Shown here: piece after piece, positions 27,901 through 42,900 of the stretch | How the letters are laid out: each line of letters opens with the position of its first letter | Position numbering within the stretch: position 1 is the first letter of the stretch | Source: Ascidiella aspersa | Taxonomy: Eukaryota | Direction of reading: 5' to 3' | Length of the DNA stretch: 64,000 nt | Assembly: GCA_963924565.1 (NCBI GenBank) | Contig: OZ004610.1 | Span: 31,062,001 to 31,126,000, forward strand | The notes under the pieces: generated by a model | The model's input: the letters and a program-made list of their open reading frames with translations, nothing else | Database searches by the model: none | Told to the model about the DNA's origin: nothing | Translations under genes and position numbers: made by a program

Positions 27901-30900
27901 GCGCCTGCATTGTGAAGATGTTAGGAGCGTAGACGACGAAGTACTCGCCGAGTCCGTTGAACGTGTAGAAGGCGCCGTCGATCGTGGTGACGTGAGGGTC
28001 GCCCCAGAACATGACTGCGAGCAGAAGATGGCAGGTGTTTAATGGCGGTTTCGAGTCGATTATCACCTGAATTTACCCTTGCTTAAACGACCTTGTTATC
28101 CCTTTTATTTGGCTAAATTTACTGAAAATCGGCAGAAAAACAAAAAGACTTGAATGCGAACAGAAGGTGCTGGGTCTCTAGTGGCGCTTTTGAGCCGCTT
28201 TTCACTGGAATTTTCGCTTATCCAAACTACAATTTTAACCCCATTTATTTGGGCAAATTTACTGAAAAACGGCAGGAAATCAAAAACACTTGATTGAGAG
28301 CAGAAAACGGCTGGTGTTTAATGGCGGTGTTGGGGCGATTTTTACTTGGATTTTACTTGCCCAAACGGCTGTTGTAACCGCTTTTGAGTATATACTATAT
28401 GTCGTAATGCTATATTCCATAGGAATAGTCATAACCATTTTCTCCACACGATCAAACAAAATTGAGGTTTAAATAGCACAAAATTGACAACTGACTGCTT
28501 TTGATGTGGCCGGATAAACAGGCGCTGTTAAAATTTCAGCGGATGCTTTTGAACCTTTGTCAATATCTGGATCCGGATTCGTGCGTTTTATAGTCATATT
28601 TACGCAATTTGTGTTGACAACAGTCATCCACGTTTGCTGTAGCAAACGTAATGACGATGGCAAATGTTTTTTAGGCGATGTAACTGGCAGTTAAATGTTT
28701 TTCCCCTATACCTATGACATAAAAAAAATATTTTATTGTATACATTTTTTTAGTTTAACTGTATTGAGCAAATGGGCAGGCCATAGATATCTAATCGACG
28801 GGAAAGTTTCATAATCGCCACAATCAGGACAAAAATTCTTAACAATAATAAAATTAAAATTAAAAAAAAAAATTATATCTATGTAGCAAACAAGCAAAAT
28901 TACTTGGCCGGCGGAATCGGTATCCAAAGCAGCTGGCATCAGGTCTTCGTCTCCTGAACATCAAACAGTAGCCGGGCGAGCCGCTATCGACGCAACACTG
29001 TCGCCGTGGAACAAGGTCTCCGGCTGAAAAGAAAAACAATCTACGTTTTTGGAGCATAATGATTGGAGGTTGTAGTAAGACGTAATAAGAATATCAAAGC
29101 CCATAAGAAAGAGGCAGCATTTTGTGAACGTTTCGAATACATCTTAAGATAATGGTTGAAGGTTGCAGTAAGACGTAGTGAGAATATTTAAGCCCATATA
29201 GAAGTAGGTTGCATTTTGTCCTACTCGAATAACTCATTTTTCATTTTCACCTACGTTTAATTGCCATCGTCACAATTAACGATGTTGCAAGTCTACTTGT
29301 TTTAAGATCTGGTGAAAACAACCCGGGCAAGACACTATACACAGTATACTATACAGTATACCCCCCTATTTAGCGTTGCATCAAAACAGGACGTTACTCT
29401 TATTTCGTCGAAGCCAGGAAACGACCACAGCGGTGCGTTTTCCGGTTCTGAGCGCCATTAAGTTGTGGCTGCGCAAATCTTTATCAGCACAACATTCGAA
29501 AAAATGGACCTGTTTTAATTTCCCGTCATTCGCCAAAGCTACAAAGTACTTCTATAGTCTTGAATCACACATTTTTAAAAAGTGGTTTAATTTAAAAAAA
29601 TAATCGCATGTTGATTTCAAATGATTTCAAATTTTCCGACCATTCGCCAAAGCTCCAAAGTGCTCTAATTTCAATAAAAATATTAGAGCCATGATATTCG
29701 ATAAAATCGAAATTTTGCAGTTTACAGACGTTTCAGCAATACCTCATGTCATCATCAGTGAAAAGATACATGGCCTGAGGTTTGCTGAAACGTCTGTAAA
29801 CTGCGAAATGTCGATTTTAGTGAATATCCTGGCTCTAATATTTTGATTAAAATTACTAAAAAAACGTGTATTGTGTTCCAATGCTCTAATTTCGTAGCAC
29901 ACTTTAACAAAAAAGGCTTTTGAATAACAATGAAAAAAGTAAATATAATAAAAATTGGTATCGAGCTTACACGGCGTTGTTTTTAGGGCCGAAAATGTAC
30001 GCGCCTAGCTTTTTTGAATTATGATTTTTTTCCAATATAAAAAAAAATAACACAAACCCAGTGAATCTTGGTACTGAGTTTGCACGGTGTCGTTGTTCCG
30101 GGTGAAAATGTACACATCTTACTTTTTAAATTATAAAAAAATTTGAACATAAAAATCATTTTAACACACACCCAGTGAGGCTTGGTATTGAGATTGCACT
30201 GTTGCGTTGTTTCGGCGGAAAATGGACACTCTATTCTCGATGAAGGGAATCTGGTATCTCTCCTGGTGACTGGCGAAGGGTCCGCGAACCAAAGAGCCAA
30301 AGAAAACAGGCCAGAAAATTGAAGATCTGGACTGGAACCGGTTGTAGCAGCACCTCGGGCCTTGGCCATTTCGCCGCTGGTAGCACTGTCCCACCACGCT
30401 AGGGCCTGTAAAACGCCGTAATGCTCACTTTGGTGAAATATGCACAAAGAGAAAGGTCTCCTGCCGTGTTGTAATAATGAGGAATGTTGCAATGTATTGT
30501 GAAAGGCATGGGTTTGCAATGTTTATAAGCTTGATAGTTAATTAAAAAACTCACTAAAATCTTTAGTTAAGTCAGCCTTGTAAGCACTCGGGCCTGTAAC
30601 ACGACTTAATGCTCACGTTGGTAAACTGTGCAGAAATAGAGAGAGATCTCTCCGTAATGTAATTATGAGGAATGTTGCAATGTATTGGTGAAAGTCATGG
30701 TTTGCGATGTTTATAAGCTTACAAGTAACCCACAAAAAGCACACTAAAATATTCAATTAAGGCGGTGTGAATCAACGTGATAATCGTTTTTCACATTCAT
30801 GCTTCGCCTTGTTATTTGATGAATTCTATAGAGAACACAAATGGAGAGATCTCGCCGTGAAGTAATTATGAGGAATGTTGCAATGTAGGCTACTCTAAAA

Positions 30901-33900
30901 GTCATTGGTTAGCGATGTTTACAAGTTTCTTAATAAAGAAGCACACTAAAATCTTTAGTTACGTCAGCCTTGTGAATCATCGTTAGAAGTCAATGTGAAT
31001 TTTTGACTTGACATTCCTGCTTAGCCTCAATGTGATTTGATAAATTCTACCTAGGATAACAAAGACCACATACATCCTCAGAAATCCCCGATCTTAAAAT
31101 GGGAGAAAAAAACATTTACGACTGTCTAACAGCCTTGTTTAATAGCGCCAATGGGGAAATCGTGAATAAGCGCACACGTCAAGTCTAGAGATTGAGTCAC
31201 CCAATACCCCTATAATACTCGTAAATAATGACGCATGCTTGCCACACGTTTGATGAAATAAATTTACAGACAATCAGAGACTATACATAAAATTTACATT
31301 TGTGTTTGTTTAAAGGTTAAAGTGTTTTGCATATAATTCGAACAGTACAAATGACATGATCATCAAAACACTAAATATGGCTATTTTTGTCCTAATTTCT
31401 AAACAAATAACACATAAAAAACTTCAAAGACTATTGAAGAAAGTCGGGTTTTTCAAGTGCAAGTGCAAATTAATCAAAAGGCAATTTAATACGGTTTAAA
31501 AAATCAAACAACTTTGTGTCAACCCTGCGAATTAACGACACTAGTAAGTAGAACGGTTTTGTTTGGAAATTATGACATGAAGAAAAGATCAACAACTAGA
31601 AATGTCGGAACAGGCTTAGATCCCGATATTAACAAAAAAATAATAATATTATTTATCAACTAAAACGAGACTCACTGTCGCTCTGCCATTCGCTCGTATC
31701 GGCTGACGGGTATCTATTTTGCAGATTGTAGCGGTTGATCAGGTCAAACCAGCGGTCAACCGATCGAGTGAAACGGAAGTCAATCAGGGCCTGGATCTCC
31801 AAGCAGGGGCAGGCTGTGTTCGGTGGGGTCCAAGAGGTAGCCACGTCCTGTACATACCAGTTGGTGCAGCTGCAGCGCGATTGCTGTTGAGGGGTCTTGG
31901 TGCCGGCTGTCAGGTGGTAGAAGTACTGGCCGTTCTTGGCTCCTGCTGCGGCTATCGACAAAAGGAACATAGTTACAGAGCTGCTGGTCAACTGTGATAA
32001 AATCCTTGTAAGATTTATACTAGTACACCGGAATCTGACAAGGGTCAAAGACTTAGTCGTCTATTTGCGTATACTATACACGTATCTTACAAAATAAGTT
32101 AGCGACCGTATGCTTTATATAGTACAGTGTATATTATTTCGGCTACTGGATGAACCACACAACATACACATCGCAAATTATGTTGAATGAAACCCAATTA
32201 AAAGTTGATTTTGTGCACTTTTAAACACACGTAAATGGAATAGTTTTATAAAACAAATTATAACATATATTTATCAAATACCCCTCGGCCTATCAAAGTC
32301 GTTCAGTTATTGAAAAAAGAAACAAGCAACCCGGACCTAAATCGTCCATATAAATGTGCTGATGTGAACAGCTAATAGTGCTAAATAACTACATTCCTTT
32401 ACATAGCAAACGTCTCACAAATATAGATATGTTGCTTAACAAGGATATTATATATTTTCGTTAACAACATAGGGCATAAAGATTAAACTAAGTACATAAC
32501 TTAGTAAAACGAAAAGTTAGTTTTAATGTTATATGAAAAATATATTTCGCTACTTAAAGCATCACCAGTGTTTAAAACAAAATGATTTTCGGTTTATTGA
32601 GTTCTGTACTTAGTTTAATCTTTACCATTGATATGCAACCAGAATCGTTTGTTTTTACCATTCAGATTCAGGCAGATTCTGTTATTCGAAAGAAATTCTA
32701 ATTAAATTCGAGTACGTTCGAAAAATATTTCATTTTTAAACTAAGGCGTAGGGCAACGAAAAGCCAAGAGCGCGTTCTCAGTTCGCAATGCTGGCTGAAC
32801 TTTGAGTTAAGCGGGCGAGCCGCGGCCAGAGGTGCAGATTAATGAAAGGCGCGCGCAGAAAATCCATTAAAAAATGCGCGGCTGACGTGCGCTGTGGCTG
32901 GGATGGAAAGAAAAGCGTTCGGAAAGTTTGTTTTTCATCTTTTGAAGTCCGGCAGATTCTGTTATTCGAAAGAAAAATTCTAACCACACAGGACATTTGA
33001 TAAAAGTAAGCAATGTTAACACTATCAGCTAGTTAGTGAAAACTTGCAAAACATACTTGTGTTTTGGGGTCTTTGGTCGGGCAGGTAATTTCCTTGGACC
33101 TCGGTGAATTTAAGTTCGGCTCCATTGGTGTAACCAATCAATCCGTTGTCGACGCTACGAAGTCCGGTCTTCCACAACATGGCGTCCTCTTTGTAGAGGT
33201 ACATCAGGTAGGTCTCGCAACCGTCGGTGGCCAGCACAGCTTGGAAGGTGCTAGGCTGTAAAACAGAGAGAGTAAGGTTAATAGCAGTGCTTCCCAACAA
33301 GTGTGTAGCGAAGCTATTTCTAAATGTTAAAGTTTTCTATTAGAACGGGAAATTATTTCATTATTATTACCTAACATTTATGCAACATACGTAACAATTA
33401 TATGTCTTGTGTCGTCGCATTAACTATTTCAATACGTATGCCAGTTGTAAAGATGCAGGTTTTATGTAACTGTTAATTTTATTTTCAATTGATTGCATTT
33501 TAAATTATTGATAAACAATTTGGTCGCATCTCATTGTTAGGCGCAAAATAAAACTTGCATTTAAAGTGGGCCGCGAACTGAAAAATGTTGGGTAGCACTG
33601 GTTTGCACTAAACAGTCAATTACTGAAATCCGAAATGTAAAATTGTCTAGCACAGTGGTGGTTCTAACTTTCTATGGCATGCGCCTTTATCCCATTGGCT
33701 TATTTTGATTTTTGAGGCTTTGTAAAAATAGGTGGAAGAGCGGTTAAGAAATACTGGTTTATCTTACAAAACTTTAAAGATTGTATATTGAGTCAATCAA
33801 TACAATAAAGTTCCAAGCACTGTAATTTGTAAACTACTTCAAATGGTGATGGTTGGCTACACTGGAGCAGTTTGTTGTTTCAGAAAATTACATTTCCAGT

Positions 33901-36900
33901 GTTACGTTTTCGGAGAATTAAATTGCAACTCTAAATGGAATTAATGAATAACATAAAAAAAAACATCCTTTTTTCCTAATTTTAGGATGCGTTTTGTTGG
34001 GTTGTTTGCATTAATCCTAATAGGGCGTGTTACTATATTTATCCTCGATCAAGTTCATGGCGGCATAGTGGTTTGGAAACACCCTTTCGTTCGACATCGC
34101 TGCAAAACATCACTGGTTACGCTTGTGTGACACTGAACAGATAGAGCTGCTAAACTCGATAAAAGAAAATGTATTACAGAACGCAGTCTGGAAATTTAGG
34201 TGATTCACGCTCATACTTGGACTACAACAAAAACGAAAATAAGCTTTGTTATCATACTGGGGCATTCCAAGTTTCTATCGTATTCACTTGACTTGACTAC
34301 GTGACGGAATTGTCGAAATGCCTTTGTGACGCCACAGAAAGAAACGGAAAACTGAGCACTTACGTAGTCGCGGTGTCCGGCTCGGTATTCGGGGTACATG
34401 ACCACCTCGCTCCAAGTTGCTTTGTACACGAAGATTGGATCGAAACTGGTCACGCTGAACTTGGTCTGGATTCGCTGTTTCACGTCCGCAACGACCGCCT
34501 GTCCCTTGGCGTCGAGTGTGTTTGCGATCGTGTCGTACACCTGTACAGAAATTCCCGTTAGAATGCTATTGTAGTCTATTTAAAACATATTCTAAAATTT
34601 CGGCATTTTCGTATTTTTGAACATGTTGCAAAGTTTTGGGAAGAAGTAACAGCCTGGATTTTATCCAAACTTTTTATATCCCTACAAGCCATTTTCTGTT
34701 TGGTGGTGTAAATGAGAATGATTCGCTAAACTTTTTACTGATTTGCGCTTGCTTTGTGATTTGTAAATACGCCAAAACTTTGCCTTCCTTAAATGATGTT
34801 CAAGAACATGGTTAAAACAGTGAAAAAATCAGAATTGCGCTAGGAAATATGGTATTTTCGATCGTGACGTACACCTGCCAAGAAATCCCCATTAGAACGC
34901 TATTGTATTCTAAGTGAATACAGATTCTAAAATTTCAGTCTTTACACCAGTTGGTCGGTTCATTTGCTACTTAAAGGACTTGAGGGCCGTTTCAACGCCG
35001 CTTTCGATGTGTCGGGAAAACCCCGCCCTTCGGTTTCTTAACTAAAAGCGATATCGTATCGAAGATAATTTTATCCGGTTTCGGTTTCCAATTGTTATGC
35101 ATTGGTTATATGCTTCGCAAACTTTCGGTCTCTAAGAAACATTTTTCACAGAGTGAAACCACAGACATCCACCCACCTACAGATTGAGACGAGAGGAAAA
35201 CATTTTAACATTAGGCTTTTATTGAAAATTGAGTACGTGTTTTCGAATGTCCTAAGGAATTTCTTTACGTGACTGAACAGTTGTGCAAAAAGAGAGAAAT
35301 CCCCAGAAAAACAGTTTGGCAAAGCGGTGAAGAATGTAGACCTCATGCAGAAACGGGGCTATTTTTAGAAAACCATAATAAGGGTCTAGACTCTAGAGTG
35401 AAGAATTTTAAACCGACGCAAACCAACGCCTAAATATAAATATTAATCATGTTGAACCTACGTTAAGAGACATAATGCCGTTGTCACCACATTTTTTAAG
35501 TGAAACGATAGGTTTTTATAAATAATCAGCACTTTGCCATCCTCATTTGAAAGCGCAAATGGTTTAAACATCCACAGCGGTAAAACTTGCACTTTGAGTG
35601 TATACACCCCATTTCACATTTTTCTACATAAAAAGTGAAGTTCCGTGGCTCTGTCAAGATATTAAATCTCCAATAGCGAATGCGTCCCTCGAGCACACCT
35701 CAAAAATTAAGCTTTACGGATTAAAAACGGCGCGGGACTTGAGGGCTTTTTACGGATTAAAAACGGCGAAAGGACTTGAGGGCCGTTTTAACGCCGCTTT
35801 CGATGTGTCGGGAAAACCCCGCCCTTCGGTTTCTTTAACTAAAAGCGATATCGTATCGAAAATAATTTTATCCGGTTTCGGTTTCCAATTGTTATGCATT
35901 GGTTATATGCTTCGCAAACTTTCGGTCTCTAAGAAACATTTTTCACAGAGTGAAACCACAGACATCCACCCCCCTACAGATTGAGACGAGAGGAAAACAT
36001 TTTAACATTAGGCTTTTATTGAAAATTGAGTACGTGTTTTCGAATGTCCTAAGGAATTTCTTTACGTGACTGAACAGTAGTGCAAAAAGAGAGAAATCCC
36101 CAGAAAAACAGTTTGGCAAAGCGGTGAAGAATGCAGGCCTCATGCAGAAATGGGGTTATTTTTAGAAAACTAAAATAAAAATAAAATTGAGTACGTGTTT
36201 TCGAATGTCCTAAGGAATTTCTTTACGTAACTGAACAGTTGTGCAAAAAGAGAGAAATCCCCAGAAAAACAGTTTGGCAAAGCGGTGAAGAATGCAGGCC
36301 TCATGCAGAAACGGGGTTATTTTTAGAAAACTAAAATAAAACTAAAATTGAGTACGTGTTTTCGAATGTCCTAAGGAATTTCTTTACGTTACTGAACAGT
36401 AGTGCAAAAAGAGAGAAATCCCCAGAAAAACAGTTTGGCAAAGCGGTGAAGAATGCAGGCCTCATGCAGAAACGGGGTTATTTTTAGAAAACTAAAATAA
36501 AACTAAAATTGAGTACGTGTTTTCGAATGTCCTAAGGAATTTCTTTACGTGACTGAACAGTTGTGCAAAAAGAGAGAAATCCCCAGAAAAACAGTTTGGC
36601 AAAGCGGTGAAGAATGTAGGCCTCATGCAGAAATGGGGCTATTTTTAGAAAACTATAATAAGGGTCTAGACTCTATAGAGTAAAGAATTTTAAACTGACG
36701 CAAACCAACGCCTAAATATAAATATTGATCATGTTGAACCTACGTTAAGACACATAATGTCGCTTTCAACACATTTTTTAAGTGAAACGATAGGTTTTTA
36801 TAAATAATCAGCACTTTGCCATCCTCATTTGAAAGCGCAAATGGTTTAAACATCCACAGCGGTAAAACTTGCACTTTGAGTGTATACACCCCATTTCACA

Positions 36901-39900
36901 TTTTTCTACATAAAATAGTGAAGTTCCGTGGCTCTGTCGAGATATTAAATCTCCAATATCGAACGCGCCCTCGAGCACACCTCAAAAATTAAGCTTTACG
37001 GATTAAAAAAGGCGCCAAACTGGATTAAAACAAACCACGGGGGGCTCAAATGATACCTGGTAGTAGACTCGTCCATTGTTGTTCGAGTTAGGATGGAAAT
37101 CGTCCCAAAACGGAGCCAGCAATGCGAGGTTTCGGTCGGAGAATCCATCGCTGAATGGCCGGTACAAGTATTGCACGTAGTAAAACGAGCTACCCAAGTA
37201 GATAAGGCCGTTTGAGATGACGCGAATGTAAAAGAATGACTCCTGGCCGAAGTTGATTCCATATTCGAGCCTGGGAAATCGAAAACAGTCGTATAGCTAC
37301 GCAATTCAGCTAGGAAATTGTAAAATTTCTGCCAGCAACGCTGTTATGTTTACTGCCTTCCTTATTGGTAACATTAAAAATCGGAGTCATCGTATCTAGG
37401 TTTTTTTAAATTTTTCTGTAATATATCAGTTTCGTGATTTACGACGAAAAATGAGTTTAGCTGGGAAAAAATATTTTAGTAACACTTGTTGGCAAACTTG
37501 CCGTGATCAAATTTCAATTTGAACACACATGTTGTGTAATATTCTACTGAAAAAAGACCACCAAATACCTAAAATTGATTTAAAACATATCTTGGTGGCG
37601 AACCGGTTTGAAACACTATACACTTCGATAAGAGAAAAAAAATTGTGTATAAAGCGGCAGAGCAAAATTTATTGCAGAATCACGGTGCTTTAACTAACAC
37701 TCTAATTACAAGCAGAATTCGCCTACCATCTCATCCAAAAAGCTTTGATAAAAATATATACATAGAAAAAAAAAATAGAAAACTTACGCGTAAGGTTCTG
37801 ATGCTACGTCATCGCCAATTGGCAGCAAGGTGTCGCCCTCGGACACTCCGTAAGGCAGGAGAACAATCTCATAGCATTTCAGGCCGTTACCCCTTAATAT
37901 TAACAACAGTGCATTATAATTTGTGTAAACAGTCTGTTTCCTCATGTTTTTGTCCCATGACCTAAGGTTTATAATCGTATGACTCGGCCTTTAATCAAAA
38001 TAGCAGTTTAGATTACGTAACATGTGATATACACGGTGTGCTGTAAATGTCGTGAACTGTAAAATTCGGCGAAAAAAAGTGCAGTCATGAAAGCTCTACG
38101 TAAATCTCTAATTACTATAAGTGTTAAGTGGAGGTCAGTTGTAAGTATATCTGCAAATAGCAGAACTATTTTAGCATGTAACACGAATAAGACCAAAATG
38201 AATCACGCAACACGGATTTTTACCTAAACCGTTGCACATAAATTCAAGGTAGATATCACTTGTTTCTCTTTGGTCATGGTGATTGACCACAAATGCGATC
38301 GTGTCGTCCGGCCATCAAATTAAAAAATGATCAACTAGCGTTACAATAACACCTTTTGTAATGTCACTGACATTCCAAAAATATCTCCAAATAAAACAAA
38401 GTTTTAGTTAACTTTGGCGATGTCGCGCTCGTCTTTAAACCACATAAAGAACTACTTGATTACAATTTACTATTGTCGTACAGATTCGTAAAACATAGTG
38501 TTTTATAAGGGTTAAACTATTTCTTTAGATATTGTTGTATGTTAAAACATGAGTTTTTTTTAACGAAAACTCATTAAACTTTTAAACTGGCGAAACAAGT
38601 TGTTTTTAAATGACCTAAAGCTGTTGCATGAAATTTTCTGTTTACCGCGCTTATTTCAGGCGCAAATGCCACTTTCAAATCATGATATAAAACAACATAT
38701 TATTACACTGTTCAAAACACATATACCAAATGTATATGATTGTGTTATTACTTTGGGCCGTAAAATAATTAGCAACCCTGCAATAACATATAATATAAAC
38801 AATAATATATTAACAAAGGCTACTAATTCGTCAAGGCAGCAGAATCGAGCAATTATAGCCGTAAAAATGCAGATTGGCAATTCACGGAAATGTTACGCCA
38901 AGTAAAACGTTTTATAAGTATTCTAGAGGGCACCTGTATCCGGAGTTGCAGGCGCAAGTAAATGATCCGACTGTGTTGGTGCAGTTAGCATTGGTATCGC
39001 AAGGACTGCTTGTGCACTCATTGGTGTCAGTACTACAATCATTGCCTGAAAATAAACGCTTGCACGTTTTAGGTTAACGTAAACACCTTGAAGCTAAATG
39101 TAAGAAACACATTTCGGTGAACAAGATGGTTACCAGAGCGGTGTTTACGTGGTGTGCCACTTAGACAAAGTTTTTTAGTTAAGCCGCCCCAAACCTTACT
39201 TCACAGTCCATTAAACACCGTCAGCCCCCTAAAATATGTCACCGCAAACCCAAGTAAGCCTATACAGGGGCATTACAAGAAACGACGTTTGGTAGAGGAC
39301 TCCTAACAGCAAATATTAAGGTCGCTACACTCTTATATTCCAAGGCGATTCGTCATATAGGTTTTTCTGATGACACAAAAGTAATTATTTGTCAAAAAAT
39401 GCATAAAAGTGTACTTCTCAAACTGTTATCATGTTTAGTTAATGACTGAAAAAGACGATGTCGATCTACTCGACCTTTTTGGCTTTACAATTCATTATCA
39501 AGCTACATTACAGATTGGTGCATAGTGTACCAATTTATATTACGAACTTACATTTTTTCCAGAATACGTATCAAAACGTCTTAATCAAGACGATGTCGAT
39601 CTACTCGACCTTTTCGGTTTTACACTTCATTATTCAGCTACATTACAAATCTGACTATAGTGTACCCAAGTGTACTTTTCATTTCATAGCTCGAAAGCGA
39701 TGGCGAAACTAAAAATCTAACCCTAAGAGAAACGACAACTTACCTTCCCATCCGGCTGGACAGGTGCAACGGAAGCTGGGAAGATTGCCGGAGCACTGTC
39801 CCTGGTTCTGGCACGGATCGGGCGAGCAGGGACTAAAAACTTCGCAATTTGTGCCGTAGAAGTACTGGTTGCACGTGCAGCTGAAGCCCTGGAACTGTGG

Positions 39901-42900
39901 CGTGCAAGTTCCGTTCTGGCACGTGTTCGAGGTGCACAGGTTGATGACTGGGAACGAGAAGAGATCAAGGTTAATTTTGGGTAGTTGTGCGGTTACCTGT
40001 TATATTATGTGGTATTTGGAAGGCTAGGTATAGCTATACATTAATTGGTGTGTAGCTGGTATAGGTTTGTCATTAAACCAAGTTATTTTCGTCTTTTCTT
40101 ATTTTTTCCTTAATCAAATTGCAAAACAGGTATTTTTGTTTATGTTGGTACTTTATAACAAACTTAAGAAAATTATACGCTCTTGTATTGGTATTCCAAG
40201 TTGGACTACGGCGTTTAATGCATATATTTCTAAAACAGTTCTGCTCGTGTAATTTAGGTCATTTTAACACCTTAGAACATGAATCTAACCTTCGTTTATT
40301 TATTAACCTGATAGTCAAAATATAACATTATTTTTATTATAGGCATGGCGCCGCGATGCTAGAGGTTTCTGTCAACACTAACGACTAATTTTGTGTGCCT
40401 TGTTTCACATTGTAGAACATTGTGTGGATTGTGGCTAGCCAAGTTTACGCAACGTACGTTTGTAACCACGCGCTAAAACACACAAACCATGTGTGCAAAA
40501 CTGGAAATGATGATATCGAATTACTCTAAGTTTTGGCAACTTAATAAATATGCTGTTGCTACCAGGCATAGTATAATAAAAATAAGTTCTTCTGGTATAT
40601 ATTTGTTAAACAAACGTTTCGGCTAAATTTTCGGAAGGCCTTCATCATGTGTGTCATTCCCTAATAAAGGCTTTCCGAATAGTAATCCGAAACATTGGTT
40701 TAACATATTATTTCAGCAACTTACTTGAGCATTTGCCGGCGACCAGCTCATACCCTCCTTTGCACAGACACTCGTACAGTCCGTCGTTCGTGTTGGAGCA
40801 CGTGGACACGGCAAGGTCACACAAGGTCGCGGCCGTGGTGTCGCAAGGTCGGTCGGCGAGGCAAACGTTTGAGTCCTGCGTGGACAGCTGGAAGTTGTTC
40901 TTGCAGCCGCAGAACTCCTGCTGGCTGTTCGAGATCAGACAGTTGCCGTTGGTGCACTGACGGGTACAGATTCCGACTGCAACCGAGAGTATATTAGTGG
41001 GTGGTTTCCGGGCAAGTATGCCGACCTTCGTTTGTATCTGTAGCTCTCAATTATTTTTTAATCAAGCTGAATAGTGATGGTTGGCTACCCTGTAGATTCG
41101 TATAATAATTTGCAGTGTTATGTTTATGGGAAATTAAATTGCCAGTGTAAGTGGAATTATAAGGAAAAAAATAAATTAAAAGCATCCCCATAATGAATCA
41201 AGACTTTAAACCGCTCTGCCGTTTGGCAGGCATGCTAAAGAGGTGAAAACCATTAAAAAAATTGTTTACTCTTGCGTGAATTGTTTCGCCATGTATAAAT
41301 AAAACACTGGACCTTACAAAAAAGCCATTTGTTTTGAGTAATCGTAAAATGAAAACTTCATCAGGAACACTTAGGATTTATCCATCTTTGCACAAATCCA
41401 GGCGCCAGGGAGAAAAATAGTGGCCGAAACTAATTACTTAGATTTATCGATTGAGCATTTGTATCTATTTTTAGGGCTAAAATTGATTTTAGGCATCAGC
41501 ATTACAAAGCAACTTGAAAGTTTTACACGCCTAAATCAATATATGCTAGTTTTGTATGACCAACCTTACCAGAGTTGTGTCGTTACCTGTGGTGGTTTGA
41601 ATGGTGGTCGACTTTTTGCACTGGTCTGTAGTTCGCACCGTTACGACGTAGGAGGTCTCCGCCGACAGGCCTGTGATCATGAAGCGCGAAGCACCTACAG
41701 AAGTGTTGCGCCCGAAGGTCGCCATTCCCCCTGTAACCTCGATACTGTATGCCACTTGGCCGCCTTGGACTGGCGTGTAGATGATCTGGCCAAGGTACAA
41801 GGCAGTGGTTCCCACGTTGAACGACACCTTCACTTCTTCGCAGGCTGCGTTCAAATTTATCGATTGCGGTTCTTTCGAACTTAAACGCACAAAAATTGAT
41901 GCGAAACATAAAACGTCGGACGTTACTGAATTTGAAGCGTAATGCTTGGAGGTTTAAGTAAGAATATCAAAGCCCAAACAGAAGTTGGAAGCATTTTGAA
42001 CGTTTCGAATAACTCTTTATTCATTTTAAATAAATGAGTTATCCGAGACGTTCAGATGATACCCACTTCTGTGTGGGCTTTTTGGCTTTGATATTCTTAC
42101 TCGGTCCTAAATGTGATAAATAGCATTTATCAAAAAGTGGGGCATCTCTATTGCACTTTACATGCACAGTAAGAATATAATTTTTTCGACAATCTTGTAC
42201 AAAAACTGCACAAATTATACCCGAATTACGGCATGGCTTTTGAAAACTTTTTTTTCTGTTACACTATTTAAGTTTCCAAACAAAACTGATGTACATACTA
42301 AAGCCGGCATTTTAAAACATATAAATCTGTATGATAGTTATATTACAAAATCGTAGAGAAAGTTTACCAACACTTTACGTTGAAAAAAAAACAAATACTA
42401 ATTTATAAGCTAAAGAATCCACATGGTTATATCCTGTAAACTATAGACCTGCTATAGAAGTACCAACCAACGATTACGGCATACTTAAAATAATATGCCG
42501 TGTGCTTTCGGAAAGACTATTGCCGAAATCTATTGGCGTAATCAGGATCACATTGTAACTCTTTGTATTGCGACAAACTTCGTTGGGATTTTTTTCCTAA
42601 CCAACTCCAGTGTTACCTGTGCAAGTTGCTCCATCCCCTGCAAAGCCAGTCTGACATGTGCAGGTAAAAGAACCAGCAGAGTTGCTGCAGGCCGCGTTGC
42701 TATTACACGGGAAGGGCGTACCATTGCATTCGTCGTTATCTAGAAGTTAGCAATGAAAAGCATTATAGTTTTGGAGCATAATTATTGGAGATTGTAGTAA
42801 GACGTAATAAGAATATCAAAGCTCATACATATGTAGGTATCATTTTGAACGTTTCGAATAACTCTTTATTCATTTTCAACATTCGTTTAGACTGGGCACA

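Noticed and set aside
35146-36143. Repeated 66-aa and 128-aa ORFs
   Set aside because: Products of the intronic tandem duplication with no recognisable protein features.
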